Part shown: piece by piece, positions 62,901 to 64,000 of the stretch | Layout: each line of letters begins with the position of its first letter | How positions within the stretch are numbered: the stretch's first letter is position 1 | Assembly: GCA_964016885.1 (NCBI GenBank) | Contig: OZ024741.1 | Span: 222,580,001-222,644,000 of the forward strand | Length of the DNA stretch: 64,000 bases | Direction of reading: 5' to 3' | Source: Eledone cirrhosa | Taxonomy: Eukaryota | Notes under the pieces: generated by a model | Databases searched by the model: none | Seen by the model: only the letters and a program-made list of their open reading frames with translations | Told to the model about the DNA's origin: nothing | Position numbers and translations under genes: made by a program

Positions 62901-64000
62901 ATTGGTGGTATTATTGGTGGTATTGTTGGTGGTATTATTGGTGGTATTATTGGTGGTATTGCTGGTGGTATAATTGGTGGTATTATTGGTGGTATTGTTG
63001 GTGGTATTATTGGTGGTATTGTTGTTGGTATTATTGGTGGTAATATTGGTGGTATTATTGGTGGTATTTTTGTTGGTATTATTGGTGGTATTATTGGTGG
63101 TAATATTGGTGGTATTATTGGTGGTACTGTTGTTGGAATTATTGGTGGTATTATTGGTGGTAATATTGGTCGTATGGGTGGTGGTATTATTGTTGGTATT
63201 ATTGGTGGTATTATTGGTGGTAATATTGGTGGTAATATTGGTGGTGTTATTGGTGGTATTATTGGTGGTATCATTGGTGGTATTATTGGTAATATTATTG
63301 GTGGTAATATTGGTGGTATTATTGGTGGTAATATTGGTGGTATTATTGGTGGTATTATTGGTGGTATTATTGGTGGTAATATTGGTGGTAATATTGGTGG
63401 TATTATTTGTGGTATTATTGGTGATATTATTGGTGGTAATATTGGTGGTAATATTGGTGGTATTATTGGTTTGTATTATTGGTGGTAATATTGGTGGTAT
63501 TATTGGTGGTAATATTGGTGGTATTATGGTGGTATTATTGGTGATATTATTGGTGGTATTGTTGGTGGTAATATTGATGGTATTATTGGTTTGTATTATT
63601 GGTGGTAATATTGGTGGTATTATTGGTGGTAATATTGGTGGTATTATGGTGGTATTATTGGTGATATTATTGGTGGTATTGTTGGTGGTGTTGTTGGTGG
63701 TATTGTTGGTGGTATTATTGGTGGTATTATTGGTGGTATTATTGGTGGTATTATTGGTGGTATTATTGGTAGTATTATTGGTGGTATTATTGTTGGTATT
63801 GTTGGTGGTATTATTGGTGGTATTGTTGTTGGTAATATTGGTGGTATTATTGGTGGTATTATTGTTGGTATTATTGGTGGTAATATTGGTGGTATTATTG
63901 CTGGCATTACTGGTGGTAATATTGGTGGTATTATTGGTGGTATTATTGGTGGTATTATTGGTGGTATTATTGGTGGTATTGTTGGTGGTATTATTGGTGG

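Larger units (their letters stand above)
45158..64000 (+). repeat. 12-bp satellite (ATTATTGGTGGT)n with variants (AATATT, ATTGTT, AGT, GTT) and higher-order duplications; open at the window end
   Basis: Continuous 18.8 kb tandem repeat, almost C-free on the + strand, interrupted only by two SINEs. Confidence 0.98.

Noticed and set aside
45012-63907. Very long ORFs encoding (GGII)n, (VVLL)n, (PPII)n and (NNTT)n
   Set aside because: The 12-bp unit lacks stops in most frames; frames switch at 1-nt indels and SINEs interrupt them; no unique domain, so they are translation artefacts
27176-64000. CRISPR-like or bacterial RT system (retron/DGR): RT next to a repeat array
   Set aside because: The RT is APE-linked L1/Tx1 type, the array has no unique spacers, there are no cas or accessory genes, and the context is eukaryotic

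Overview
Gene-free, repeat-saturated, AT-rich eukaryotic (animal) DNA; the SINE and microsatellite content looks cephalopod-like, which is an inference only. No host protein-coding gene or structural RNA gene can be supported. The window is dominated by non-LTR retrotransposons sitting in particular microsatellites. (1) Three apparently full-length Tx1-like L1-clade elements (ORF1 with CCHC knuckle; ORF2 APE-RT-zinc finger) lie head-to-tail at 27227-45157, each preceded by pure (ATT)14-17; the third runs directly into an 18.8 kb (ATTATTGGTGGT)n satellite that continues past the window end and has higher-order duplications. (2) A fourth, decayed Tx1 on the minus strand (5688-11055) has a 14-bp target-site duplication (TSD) inside a putative Helitron terminus. 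(3) R4/Dong-like elements with a restriction-like endonuclease (RLE) form a minus-strand stack separated by (CATA)n at 1-4510, and another sits next to (TAA)n at 24256-26697. (4) At least nine copies of a tRNA-type SINE carry a 3' end resembling the Tx1 3' end and are mostly followed by ATT, including two inside the satellite. Helitron and MITE remnants and many microsatellites fill the rest. The best candidate for an undescribed system is an ATT-targeting Tx1 LINE plus partner SINE plus ATT-containing satellite, with ORF1 module swapping and a GGTAAGTG splice-donor-like signal conserved at the ORF1/ORF2 junction.
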